Assembly: GCA_965214935.1 (NCBI GenBank)
Contig: CBDCCS010000021.1
Coordinates: 353,772-417,771, forward strand
DNA length: 64,000 nt
Source: Candidatus Velthaea sp.
GTDB taxonomy: Bacteria; Vulcanimicrobiota; Vulcanimicrobiia; Vulcanimicrobiales; Vulcanimicrobiaceae
Direction of reading: 5' to 3'
Below are positions 8,831-18,690 of the stretch, one piece after another (the first letter of the stretch is position 1; every line of letters begins with the position of its first letter). Below the pieces are notes generated by a model. It saw only the letters and a program-made list of their open reading frames with translations. It made no database searches and had not been told where the DNA came from. A program made the position numbers and the translations under genes.

Positions 8831-10636
8831 TTGCGACGCGTCTACGCGGCGTTCGGAAGCCTCGCGTTCGTGTTCGCACTTGCACTGGGCGCTCACGCGC
8901 AAAGTTTCAACGGAACCCCGGCTCCCGCGATCTCGGGGCCATCGGCGCTGCCTTCGGCTACGCCACGCGTTGCACCGCCGACTCCGCCCGTTCCCGGCGC
9001 GGCTCCGGCGGTAAGCCCGCAGCCTTCCGGTACGTTACCGGCAACGGGTTCAACCGCCGCGCCGGGTCCGGGCGGTGCTCCGGCGACGACGCCCAGTCCG
9101 GCAACGGACGGCAGCGCTGCGCCTGCGACGTCTGCGGAGCCTACTGCCGCACCGCTGCCGAGTCCGTCGCCGACGCCGGTGCCGATCGTTGCCGAACCGC
9201 CGAATGCAAGTGTCGAGCCGGGCAAAACCGTACAGATCCGCCTAAGCGGCACCTACGGTACGATTGTCGGAACTTCGGCGAATCCGCAAATTGCCGACGT
9301 CGTCGCCGATCAGAACGCTCGGGCGCTGTTCGTCACCGGACATGCGGTCGGAACGACGGTAGTAAACGTGAAAGACGATCGAAACGTCATTACGCGCGAC
9401 GTCGACATCCGGGTTGCTTACGCGGCCGGAGTTCCGGCCGACGAAACGGCGATCCGGGTGACGGGAAATCCCGCGACGAGCACGTTCTTACGTGAAGTCG
9501 CCGCGGAGGCGGCGCAGCGCAGCGCGGTGCTGCGGCCGGGCGCCAGCGTTCACGTGTTGACCGATGCATTACCGATCCGGCGCAATCTCGATATCGATAA
9601 CCGGACCGAAGTCGATGTTCCGCTACAGATTACCGGCGACGGCTATCTGCCCGTCGACGGCCTGACGCATGTTGCAATCGAGAACTTCGCGTTACCGAAT
9701 ATTCAACCATCGGCGTTGCTCGTCAGCGATTACCCCGAAACGCTCACGGCAAACGGTGTACTGTTCAGCGCCGATCTCGGCCGGCGCGACGCTCAACGGT
9801 TTCTCTACTACCACTATAATCCGGCGAGTCAGCCGAACCGTCGCATCTTGCTGCGCGTCTCGAATCCGTCGTCGCAAACGGCTACCGTGCAATTCATCTC
9901 CGGCTCGGCCGGCCCCGAGACGAACGAGATGCAAGTCGGACATCTTTCAACCCAACGCTTCCTCGTGCGCGAGTTACAAAACGAGGGTTCGGTCGTCACG
10001 ATCGCGCCCAATGCAACGGTAAATCTCGTCGATCATCCGTTGCCCGCCGGCAGTGTCGTTAGCGCGCTCTTGCAATTACGCGAAGTCGAGGGCGATCCCG
10101 TTCACCTCACGCTCGTTGCGCAAGATGCGTCGGCACCACTCGATCAGTCGGTCGATACGACGCAACTCTTGTCGGGCGGCGTTGCGCATGCACGCGGTGA
10201 GTATCAAGTGCCGCAATTTTATTTCGATTACACCTACGCTGCCGGCAGCGAGAATCTCGAAATTCCGATCGGCCAGTTACCGCTGCCCAACTTACGTCGC
10301 GGCGAAGCATTAGCCGGTGATTATGGCGTTCAGCAAGCCGTCACCGTTACGATCGTCAACAGCGGAAACGCTGCGCAGCCGATTGCTATTTACGCCAATC
10401 CACGCGGCGGACGCGCAACCGGAACGTTCTTGATCGACCGCACCTTGGTCCAAACGCATGCATTGCCGGCATTCTCACGTTACAAGATCTGGCAAGAAAC
10501 GATCTCCGCCAAAACGTTTCGCCGCGTGCAGATCATTACGATGCCCGAAGGCGGCTCGTCGTATCCGCTGCGGCTTATTTTCGCCGGCGACGATGGCAGC
10601 GTACCGCCCGGGGCGCCCGGCTCGCCGGTCTATTAA
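8831..10636 (+). CDS. Secreted protein with Pro/Ala/Thr-rich linker, Ig-like domain and conserved C-terminal domain of unknown function
   Basis: Signal peptide ending AHA|Q, SD GGAG before TTG, ~90 aa P/A/T/S-rich stretch, beta-rich segment (LFVTGHAVGTTVVNV). Confidence 0.75.
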   Translation: MRRVYAAFGSLAFVFALALGAHAQSFNGTPAPAISGPSALPSATPRVAPPTPPVPGAAPAVSPQPSGTLPATGSTAAPGPGGAPATTPSPATDGSAAPATSAEPTAAPLPSPSPTPVPIVAEPPNASVEPGKTVQIRLSGTYGTIVGTSANPQIADVVADQNARALFVTGHAVGTTVVNVKDDRNVITRDVDIRVAYAAGVPADETAIRVTGNPATSTFLREVAAEAAQRSAVLRPGASVHVLTDALPIRRNLDIDNRTEVDVPLQITGDGYLPVDGLTHVAIENFALPNIQPSALLVSDYPETLTANGVLFSADLGRRDAQRFLYYHYNPASQPNRRILLRVSNPSSQTATVQFISGSAGPETNEMQVGHLSTQRFLVRELQNEGSVVTIAPNATVNLVDHPLPAGSVVSALLQLREVEGDPVHLTLVAQDASAPLDQSVDTTQLLSGGVAHARGEYQVPQFYFDYTYAAGSENLEIPIGQLPLPNLRRGEALAGDYGVQQAVTVTIVNSGNAAQPIAIYANPRGGRATGTFLIDRTLVQTHALPAFSRYKIWQETISAKTFRRVQIITMPEGGSSYPLRLIFAGDDGSVPPGAPGSPVY

Positions 10637-11667
10637 CGGTCGCGTTCGGTCAGAACCTGCGTGTAGACGGCCTCGTGCCTGGCCGCGGCGACCGACCAAT
10701 CGAAGCGTTTGCGAGCGGCAGTTCGGCCGGTTTCGGCGCGTATCTGCGCCGCTCCACGATCGTCGAGTATCGCCTGTATTGCGCTCGTCCACGCGTGCGT
10801 GTCGTCGGGATCGGCAAGTGCGCCCGCCGTCTGCGCCACTTCGGTCAATGACGAACCGCGCGCAGCAACGAAGGGCAAGCCGGCACAGCGTGCCTCGGCA
10901 ACCGCATAACCGAAGCCCTCGTAGCGCGACGGAATGAGCGCGAGCGCGGCACGCGCATAGAGGTCGTCGAGTTCGGCCCGACCGACATAACCGCGCAGTT
11001 CCACGCGGCCGGCGAGCCCGTACCGCTCGATCCGAGCTCGCACGATCTCGAGATAGGGCGTCGGCGGCCCGACCGAGACGATACGCAGAGTCGGCAGCTC
11101 GGCGGCGGCATCGATGATCCGGATGAGGTTCTTTCGAGCTTCGACGGTACCGACGACCAAGGCGAACGGAACGTCGTCGGGTCGCCGCACGATCGCAGCA
11201 TACCCGGCGTCGACGCCGGGATAGATGACATGCGGCGCACGCTCGTCGCCGCTGAGCGTCCGATACTCGTCGGCGCCGAACTCGGAATCGACGATCACGG
11301 CCGCGGCGCGCTTGTATGCGTGACGCATCGCAGCGCCGAAATACGCGCGCGCATAGCGCGGCGTATGCGCCTGCACGCGAAGCCACGCCATATCGTGGAC
11401 CGTAACGACCGTCGGCAGGCTGCGAACGAAGGGCAGCGTACCGGCCGTTGCATGGGCAATCGCTGCTCCGCTGCGCGCGATGGCGAGCGGCAGCAGAAGT
11501 TGATCCCAGAGCACGCGCCGGTCGAACCGCCAAGGATCGAGCCATGCCGCCTGGAGCCGGCGAACGTGTAGCCCGCGCACGCGCAATGCGGCAGCAAGGT
11601 CACGCTGGTAGACGCCGATGCCCGTGGCCGTACCGATCGCCAACTGAGCGTCGAGCGCGACGATCAT
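10633..11667 (-). CDS. Glycosyltransferase family 4 (GT-B)
   Basis: TGIGVY, VVTVHD, VGTVEARKN, PSRYEGFGYAVAEA (EX7E motif). Confidence 0.92.
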   Translation of the reverse strand: MIVALDAQLAIGTATGIGVYQRDLAAALRVRGLHVRRLQAAWLDPWRFDRRVLWDQLLLPLAIARSGAAIAHATAGTLPFVRSLPTVVTVHDMAWLRVQAHTPRYARAYFGAAMRHAYKRAAAVIVDSEFGADEYRTLSGDERAPHVIYPGVDAGYAAIVRRPDDVPFALVVGTVEARKNLIRIIDAAAELPTLRIVSVGPPTPYLEIVRARIERYGLAGRVELRGYVGRAELDDLYARAALALIPSRYEGFGYAVAEARCAGLPFVAARGSSLTEVAQTAGALADPDDTHAWTSAIQAILDDRGAAQIRAETGRTAARKRFDWSVAAARHEAVYTQVLTERDR

Positions 11668-12407
11668 CGCTGCGCGCGCGCGAGGCCCGCCCGCGCGTCC
11701 GCGCTGTTGGGCACCGATTCGAGCGCCCGCGTGTAATACCGCGCCGCCGCACTTAGATCACCGATGGTCAGCGCCTGCTGACCGGCAGCGAGCAGATACG
11801 TCTCCTCGTTCGGAGCGATCGCCAATGCGCGCTCGTAGAGGTCGAGTGACTCGCGCTCGCGCCGTCCGGCATGGGCGGGATCTGCAGCCGCCTGCGACTG
11901 TGTGATTTGCCCGAGGCGCCAAAGTGCACGAGCGCGTACGGTCGCCTGACCTCCGCCGGCGAGCGCGTCGACGAGACTTGCTTCGAGCCGTGCGGCTGCC
12001 TCGAAATCGCGGGCGTCGGCACGTGCATCGATGAGCCGTTGCGCTCGTTCATCGTCGCCGGCCGTCGCATAATCGCGCAATGCTTGAGCCGGATGACCGT
12101 TGACTTCGGCAAGCTGGCCGCGCAGTTCCGCACTTGCGGCATTGAGCGGCAGGCGGACGACCGTTGCAGCTGCGGCGCTGCGCTCACCGCGGTGCAGCAA
12201 CGCCCGCGCATATGCCGTTTGCACGACGGCAGGAGCGCGCGCGACACCAAGCGCGACGGCAAGGGAGAAACCGAAAGCCGGCGAGAGTAAGCTCGGCACC
12301 GACGGCGCTCGCGCGAGATCACCGTAGACGGCCATCGCTACGAATTGAACGGTGCCGAGCACGAGCCCGGAAATGACGGCCGCTACAACGCACAGCCCGC
12401 GCACCAC
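11664..12407 (-). CDS. Membrane-anchored tetratricopeptide-repeat protein
   Basis: N-terminal hydrophobic segments and TPR-like helices (YERALAIAP, AARYYTRALESVP); stop overlaps the GT4 start. Confidence 0.7.
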   Translation of the reverse strand: MVRGLCVVAAVISGLVLGTVQFVAMAVYGDLARAPSVPSLLSPAFGFSLAVALGVARAPAVVQTAYARALLHRGERSAAAATVVRLPLNAASAELRGQLAEVNGHPAQALRDYATAGDDERAQRLIDARADARDFEAAARLEASLVDALAGGGQATVRARALWRLGQITQSQAAADPAHAGRRERESLDLYERALAIAPNEETYLLAAGQQALTIGDLSAAARYYTRALESVPNSADARAGLARAQR

Positions 12408-12420
12408 GTTCGGGCGGCGC

Positions 12421-15123
12421 TTAAAAGCGAATCACGAAATTGACGTCCTCGCGATTCTCGATATTATTGAACGTCGGTAAAGCAAAGTCCGTATAGCGAT
12501 AGTTGCGCAGCGCAAAGTCGACGGAACTCGATGTCTTCGGGATGTTATAGGTGAGCGAACCGGCATACGTATCTTTGCGCTCGGAGATGTTTTGCCCGAG
12601 CGTCGTGCCGTACGCGCCGTGGAAGCCTTGCGAATTGTAACTGGCGCCGAAAACAACATCTTTAGTCAACGGCACCGACGCCGCTGCGGCAACGGTCGTA
12701 TGATACATGTCGCTGTAATTCGGATAAAAGACGACGCCGCCGAGCGCGGGTCCCGCGGCGCCCGGCCCGGCGGCCGGATCGACCGGCACGTAGGTAAAGG
12801 GCGTTCGGTCCGCCCGTGAAAGCCGCTCGACACCGCCGCTTACATTGATGCCGATCCGCTTTTTGAGCAGCGATACGTTGAATTGTGCGCCGGCTTCGAT
12901 CTTGTCGAGCGTCATGCGTTTGGTCGTTACGAAGGTTCCCGCACCGGCGTAGGACGGATAGAGTTGCGACGCACCGCCGTTAGGCGAAAGCTCCGCCAAA
13001 TGTTGTCCGAACAGCCGCGCATTCACCGTCAGCCCGGCGATTGTAAGCGGCGCGTTGACGTTGAGCGTTAGACCACCGGAGTCGGGTGCAAACGCACTGT
13101 AAAATTGCGCGCCGCTCGCAACGAACGGATTGAAGACCGGATAAATAAAAGTAAGATTCGGATTCGAGAGCGTGCAGTTCGCAGCACCGGCAACCGCGCA
13201 AGCCGGATTCGCCGCATCGTACTGCGCGTTGATCGAACGGTTATTGGCAAAGCCGTAGAACCCGGGGAAATAATTCGGGTTGTTGGCGCCTAAGAGTTGA
13301 GGCGCATTGCCGAGATATTCGACCGGCGCACCATCAAAGAATCGCGCACCGACGGATTGGTATTGCACCGACGCCGTTGCACCGAATAACCGCAGGCGCA
13401 GCCCGATGACGGCAGCTGCGCCGGTCCTCGGCTCGACCGTTCGCAGATCCGTAGTGAACCGGCTGGTCGCAAACTCGGCAAAGACGACGGGCTGCGCGCG
13501 GTCGCCGTCAAAATGCAAGAAACGCACCGGCAATTGCGCATCGATTCCGACGACCGAGTCGCTTACCAATCCGTAGCCCGAAGCGTTCTGCAAGCCGGCA
13601 TTGGTGATATCTGCCGGCGTGGCGGTGTCGTCGGTATCGAACAGACGATTGAACGATAGGCCGACTTCACCGCCGGGCAAACCTTTGATTTTCTGGTTGA
13701 CTCGCAGGTTGACGTCGTAGCGCTGCGGATAGGCTTGATTCGATACCGTTAAGCCGACGTACGTAACCGTAACGGACGAGCCGCGCAAAAGGGCCGGCGC
13801 GAAGACGACGGCGTTGGCGTTATCATTGTAGAAAAACGCCGGCGGAGCGACCGGTCCGCCGGGTGCTGATGCAACCAACGCGGCCGACGCATTGAACTGC
13901 GAGCCGTCGTACCCTGAGATATAGACGCTGCCGAGTTGCGCCTTTTGCTGTAAAAACACTTGGACGAGGTTGCCGTTCGCGGCACGAAACGTATCGCTGC
14001 GCAAAGCACCGCTGCTCGAGCCGGGCGCTCCGGTTTGCACGTACGTTGCGGGCGGTCGGTCGACATAATAGAAGTAATTATTGAGTCCGACAGCCTCGTT
14101 CGAATCGAGCACGTTGAGTTGCGTATTGAGCAAACTCGGATCGACTCGGCTAAAATTGATTTGAACGTCCGTAAGCCCGTTGAGCGTAGCGCCGGCTTGG
14201 ATACCTTGTTGGTAGCTTTGAGCCGGATACTCAAAGCCGGGACCCTGCGCTGCCGAATCCGGTGCCCGATACGTCAAGCCGACGCGCGACGACGCGATGT
14301 TATCGAGCTCGCCGAAGCGCAGATACAGATTCGAGAGATTGCCGCTCCTAGCGACGTCGACGAGGATACCGGGTTGAACCGCATAGTGCGCGCCGGTCGT
14401 GAATTCGCTGCCCGTCGCATAGTTCAAGATGTGAATCGGGAATGACACCGTCAGGTTCTCATTGACGGTATACGCAAGATCGATCCGGTCGTCGAACCGG
14501 ATGTAATTCGCGATATCGGCCTGATCGAGCGGGCTATTATCTTCGGGACTGCGCAGAAACGCGTCGACGAACGGGTCGACGGTGGCTGTTCCGGCATTTG
14601 CGACTGTACCGCCGTAATACAGATCGACCGGCGTCCCGGTAGTATTTGCAACTGTGTGCGGATAGCGCACCGATTGACGCCCGCTAAAATTATGATCGAG
14701 CTGCCCGTGTAATTGCAACGACTGCGCGAGCTTCGTGCGTTTATCGAGCGCATCGAGCGCATCTTCGATATTGGTAACGCGCACGCCGAGTGAGTCGAGC
14801 TCGTCCTTGAGCGCGTCGATCAATTTTTGCAACTTCTCGAGATCGACTTTCGAGGCGTAACCTGCGCCGCTGGCTTGCACCTTAGCGATGACACGCGCAA
14901 CAAGGACGGCCATTTCGTACCGCGACAACGGACGATCGCCTTTGAATTCACCGTCGCTATAACCCTCGATGAGGCCGTCTGCGGCAAGCGACGCGATCGC
15001 TTGATACGCCCAATGATTCGACGGAACGTCCGCGAACGGCGTTGCGCTCACCGCACGGACGGCGACAAGCAACGAACTAAGGATAAAGCTCGCGCAAAGA
15101 ACCAGCAGCGCGAGGGGCTTCAT
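12421..15123 (-). CDS. SLH domain + coiled coil + beta-barrel outer membrane protein (OmpM/SomA/SlpA-like tether)
   Basis: Signal peptide, SLH motif PFADVPSNHWAYQAI..GDRPLSRYEMA, coiled coil LKDELDSLGVRV, beta-rich remainder and C-terminal Phe (VNFVIRF). SD GGAG before ATG 15123. Confidence 0.88.
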   Translation of the reverse strand: MKPLALLVLCASFILSSLLVAVRAVSATPFADVPSNHWAYQAIASLAADGLIEGYSDGEFKGDRPLSRYEMAVLVARVIAKVQASGAGYASKVDLEKLQKLIDALKDELDSLGVRVTNIEDALDALDKRTKLAQSLQLHGQLDHNFSGRQSVRYPHTVANTTGTPVDLYYGGTVANAGTATVDPFVDAFLRSPEDNSPLDQADIANYIRFDDRIDLAYTVNENLTVSFPIHILNYATGSEFTTGAHYAVQPGILVDVARSGNLSNLYLRFGELDNIASSRVGLTYRAPDSAAQGPGFEYPAQSYQQGIQAGATLNGLTDVQINFSRVDPSLLNTQLNVLDSNEAVGLNNYFYYVDRPPATYVQTGAPGSSSGALRSDTFRAANGNLVQVFLQQKAQLGSVYISGYDGSQFNASAALVASAPGGPVAPPAFFYNDNANAVVFAPALLRGSSVTVTYVGLTVSNQAYPQRYDVNLRVNQKIKGLPGGEVGLSFNRLFDTDDTATPADITNAGLQNASGYGLVSDSVVGIDAQLPVRFLHFDGDRAQPVVFAEFATSRFTTDLRTVEPRTGAAAVIGLRLRLFGATASVQYQSVGARFFDGAPVEYLGNAPQLLGANNPNYFPGFYGFANNRSINAQYDAANPACAVAGAANCTLSNPNLTFIYPVFNPFVASGAQFYSAFAPDSGGLTLNVNAPLTIAGLTVNARLFGQHLAELSPNGGASQLYPSYAGAGTFVTTKRMTLDKIEAGAQFNVSLLKKRIGINVSGGVERLSRADRTPFTYVPVDPAAGPGAAGPALGGVVFYPNYSDMYHTTVAAAASVPLTKDVVFGASYNSQGFHGAYGTTLGQNISERKDTYAGSLTYNIPKTSSSVDFALRNYRYTDFALPTFNNIENREDVNFVIRF

Positions 15124-15266
15124 GATCGCTCCAGATGGACCGTTTCGTTCCTTACGCGTCGAAGCATCGAATCCAAAACCGGGCACCATCCGGCAGGCAC
15201 GAAGAGACGCCCCGTTACGGGCGCATGCCGTGGCATACGACCGGCCGCAAGTGACTCCTCCCGCCG

Positions 15267-15659
15267 CTAGCCGCCGCTAAGATAACGTTCGGCAATGAGC
15301 AACGCGGCGTAGTCGTCGATCGGCCGATCCGGCAACAGCATGCCGCGCGGCACCAACCGCTTCCAGCCGCGCGGCGGATGATCGCGAAAGAACCGGCCGC
15401 GCGCGAGGAGCGTTGTTTCGCGCTCGTCGACGAGCACGCAGCGAAGGCCGAGTGCGCGTACAACGGTAGCGACATGCGCGCTATTCGTCCCGCGTCCAAG
15501 TGCGACGACGCCGATCGGATGCGCGGCAACGATCGTTTGCAACGCGCTTTCCAATTGCCCGATGCGCGCGATTCCGAGCAGCACCGGCTGCATGCCGGCA
15601 GCCTCCATGAGCGCGTAACCGCACTTACGCGTTCCGGGGTCGATACCCAGCGTCATCAC
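15267..15659 (-). CDS. YqgF/RuvX-like RNase H-fold nuclease
   Basis: LGIDPGTRKCG, VDERETT, IDDYAALLIAERY. Confidence 0.85.
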   Translation of the reverse strand: MMTLGIDPGTRKCGYALMEAAGMQPVLLGIARIGQLESALQTIVAAHPIGVVALGRGTNSAHVATVVRALGLRCVLVDERETTLLARGRFFRDHPPRGWKRLVPRGMLLPDRPIDDYAALLIAERYLSGG

Positions 15660-16615
15660 GAGCGGATCGGCGTCAAGCTGAAGTCGTAAACAACACCGCC
15701 GGAATGCGGATACAGATCGAACGACGCCTTTGCCGAAACGCGGTATTTGCCCCGCACTCGGGTCAGCCGGCGGCTTACGCTTTGCACTTCGGGCGCATTG
15801 TATCCGGCACTTTGTAAAAACGGATTCGGCATTCCGCGCTGCGCGAGTTGCAAAGACGCATTGGTGACGAGCGGCGTGAAGTTGAACGGCTGACCGCCCT
15901 CCACGACGACCGATGCGAGCACTTCACCGGCGGTCGCTAATCTTCGATCGGCATACGATGAAAGGTAAAAGGTGATGCGATCGCCCCGAAAGAGATTTTG
16001 CGCTGCCACCGGTAAAATAAGCACGACCGGCGGTCGCGTCGAACCGGCGCGTGCGACCGCATCGCCGTCGATGAGTTGAACCTCTTTTTTGAGATTCTCT
16101 TGAATATCCGGATCGCTCGACTTCCGCGTGTAGGCTTTGAGCAAGTACGGTGCTTTCGTAAGCTGGGTGTTGGCAATCTGCACCGTCTCATCGAAGAATT
16201 TGGCTAACCGTCGCGTTTGATCGTCTTCGGGCGTCGTCGGATCGAGCGTTGCCGCGATGTTCGCGATGAGTTGCCGGTTAAGGACCGCGAGCGTTCCATT
16301 GCGCGTTTTATCGAGTTCGCTTTCTTGTTCGAGCGCCTGCGCCTGCAGCGTATTGATGCGCGAGTTTAGCTCGTCCAAGCGGAAAAACGCCGTGCGGACC
16401 TCGTTCGAGATCGCCAGTGCTATGAGCGTCACCGCCAGCGCAATCACCATGCCCGTTGCGACGGCAACGATCGTCGATGTGTACTTCGGCCGCAGACCGA
16501 AGAGCGTCAGCCGGCGTCGTCCGACCTGATGGCCGACCCGGTCGCCGACGTAGGCGACGAAGCCCGCGACGATCATGATCAAGACGACTAAACCGATGCC
16601 CGGCAAGACCGACAT
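15656..16615 (-). CDS. DUF3084 domain protein
   Basis: AYVGDRVGHQVGRRRLTLFGLRPKYTS signature, two TM segments followed by a coiled coil. Confidence 0.85.
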   Translation of the reverse strand: MSVLPGIGLVVLIMIVAGFVAYVGDRVGHQVGRRRLTLFGLRPKYTSTIVAVATGMVIALAVTLIALAISNEVRTAFFRLDELNSRINTLQAQALEQESELDKTRNGTLAVLNRQLIANIAATLDPTTPEDDQTRRLAKFFDETVQIANTQLTKAPYLLKAYTRKSSDPDIQENLKKEVQLIDGDAVARAGSTRPPVVLILPVAAQNLFRGDRITFYLSSYADRRLATAGEVLASVVVEGGQPFNFTPLVTNASLQLAQRGMPNPFLQSAGYNAPEVQSVSRRLTRVRGKYRVSAKASFDLYPHSGGVVYDFSLTPIRS

Positions 16616-17757
16616 CAGACCCGCGACGCCTGACGCAGCAACAGCAAACCGATGATGGTGAAAAGCGCATTGGGCGTCCAGGCAGCCAGGCCCGCCAGCC
16701 AGGTCGCACTCTCGCCGATCGATAGCCCCAGTGTCATGATGACGTAGTAGACGAAGATGATCACCAGGGCGAGCGCAAAGCCGAGACCGCGTCCGCCGCC
16801 ACGTCCCGGCCGCACGCCGAACGGTACCGCGATCAACGTGAAAACCACAGCGGCAAACGGCCGCGCCAATTTCGCGGCATAGCTCGCGGTGTACGTTTTT
16901 ACTTGTTGCGGTGAAAGCACGCCGCTGGCAAGCGCTGCACGAATCTCGGCGCGCGATTGCTGTTCGGGGTCGCCGCTCACCGTGTGCTTCGCAATTTGAT
17001 TCGGCGGCTGACCGATGTCTAAATTCAATTGCGGATCGGTGCCGCTGGCAACGCTGCCGTCCGGGCTGAACGTGCGCGTCGTTGCGTTGATGAACGTCCA
17101 GCTCGGCGGTTCGTAATGCGCACGATCCGCATAGATGATCGTCCCGGGCTTACCATCGGAATCAAGTTGGACGACGGTCACCCCGATGAGTGACTGCGTC
17201 CGCGCGTCGAGACCGGATGCAATGGTTATCTGTTTGCGCCCGCCCGGTAAAGGCGTAACGACCGTTAGATTCCCTTCGATGGGATTGAGGTGTTGAATGA
17301 CGGCCGTCTTGATATACGCCGCCCGATCGTTGGCCAGCGGTACCACGACTTCTTGAAGCACCAGCGACACCACCGAGACAAGCAGACCAACCAACGCGAG
17401 CGGGACGACCATGCGAAAAATGCTGACTCCGCCGGCTTTGAGCGCGGTGATTTCGCTATCGCCCGAAAGCCGCTGCATGGTCAAAAGCGTCCCGAATAAG
17501 ATCGACATCGGAATAACGAACAGCAGAAACTGCGGCATGTCCCAGAAGAAATACTCGATCGCCGCCAGCAACGGCGCATGTTCTTCGGACACCAGCTTGC
17601 CGATCGAAATGATCTGCGTCGCAATGAAAATCAGCGTGAATATCGATAAGCCGAATGCAAACGGGCCAACCAATTCGGACACCAGATACCGGTCGAGAAT
17701 CGTGACCCCGAAGCGCGCCCGCCGCCGAACCCCAACGGCAACGACAGCGCTAGCCAA
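16615..17757 (-). CDS. LptF/LptG-family LPS export permease
   Basis: ILDRYL, RLSGDSEITALKAGGVS, C-terminal AAWTPNALF. Start is probably TTG 17757; the frame stays open to 17946. Confidence 0.9.
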   Translation of the reverse strand: MASAVVAVGVRRRARFGVTILDRYLVSELVGPFAFGLSIFTLIFIATQIISIGKLVSEEHAPLLAAIEYFFWDMPQFLLFVIPMSILFGTLLTMQRLSGDSEITALKAGGVSIFRMVVPLALVGLLVSVVSLVLQEVVVPLANDRAAYIKTAVIQHLNPIEGNLTVVTPLPGGRKQITIASGLDARTQSLIGVTVVQLDSDGKPGTIIYADRAHYEPPSWTFINATTRTFSPDGSVASGTDPQLNLDIGQPPNQIAKHTVSGDPEQQSRAEIRAALASGVLSPQQVKTYTASYAAKLARPFAAVVFTLIAVPFGVRPGRGGGRGLGFALALVIIFVYYVIMTLGLSIGESATWLAGLAAWTPNALFTIIGLLLLRQASRV

Positions 17758-17952
17758 ACCCAACCCCGCTACCGTACTTGCCCGTGCACACCAACCACCG
17801 ATCGTCCCGGACGAGGGTTGACCGGGTGGCGGGGCGTCGTGACCGGGGCCGAAGCGCAGGATGCGCGGAAGGCGCAGGCACGCGAAAACGGTTCTCGCGC
17901 GATGCGATAACCCAAACGTCCCCGCCGCCCGGCCGACCCTCGCCACGGACGC

Positions 17953-18690
17953 TCAAAGCCGAAACCCTTCGCCTAAATAAAACTTCCGTGCAACGGGCGA
18001 TGCCAGGACCTCATCGGCCGAACCGGAGACTTCGATCCGTCCGTCATTGAGGATGTACGCCCGATCGACGATCGCGAGCGTCTCGCGAACTTGATGATCC
18101 GTGATGAGGACGCCCAGGCCGCGATCGCGCAACTGCCGGATCATCGCTTGAATGTCGGCGACGGCGATCGGATCGATTCCGGTAAAGGGTTCGTCAAGTA
18201 AGAGAAACGCCGGCTCGGTTGCAATTGCGCGAGCGATCTCTACGCGCCGGCGCTCGCCGCCCGAAAGCGAATCGCCGCGCGCATTGATGAAGCGCGACAA
18301 TCCGAATTCGTCGAGCAATTCGGGCAGCCGGCGTTCTTGATCGACATGACTGACGCCGTTCATCTCCCAAATTAAACGGAGATTATCGCCGACGGAAAGT
18401 TTACGAAAAATCGAGTTTTCTTGCGCCAAGTAGCCGATGCCGGCACGCGCCCGCTCGTGCATCGGGGCGCGCGTCATGTCGCGCCCGACTCCGTCGCGCT
18501 CTAAGACGACGGCGCCGCCGTCCGGCCGAACCAATCCGACGACCATGTAAAAGGTCGTCGTTTTTCCGGCGCCGTTGGGACCCAGCAATCCGACGACTTC
18601 ACCGCGATTGACGTCCGCGCTGACGCCGTTCACGACCGTTCGTTTCGAATAGCGTTTAACGAGGTCGGTGAGAATGATGCGGTCGTTCAT
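17953..18690 (-). CDS. lptB: LPS export ABC transporter ATPase LptB
   Basis: GPNGAGKTTTFYM, LSGGERRRVEIARA, LLDEPFTGIDP, LITDH, YLGEGFRL. Confidence 0.96.
   Translation of the reverse strand: MNDRIILTDLVKRYSKRTVVNGVSADVNRGEVVGLLGPNGAGKTTTFYMVVGLVRPDGGAVVLERDGVGRDMTRAPMHERARAGIGYLAQENSIFRKLSVGDNLRLIWEMNGVSHVDQERRLPELLDEFGLSRFINARGDSLSGGERRRVEIARAIATEPAFLLLDEPFTGIDPIAVADIQAMIRQLRDRGLGVLITDHQVRETLAIVDRAYILNDGRIEVSGSADEVLASPVARKFYLGEGFRL

Noticed and set aside
8910..9190. Repeat-like DNA in the secreted protein
   Set aside because: It encodes a Pro/Ala/Thr linker with no regular nucleotide repeat unit.
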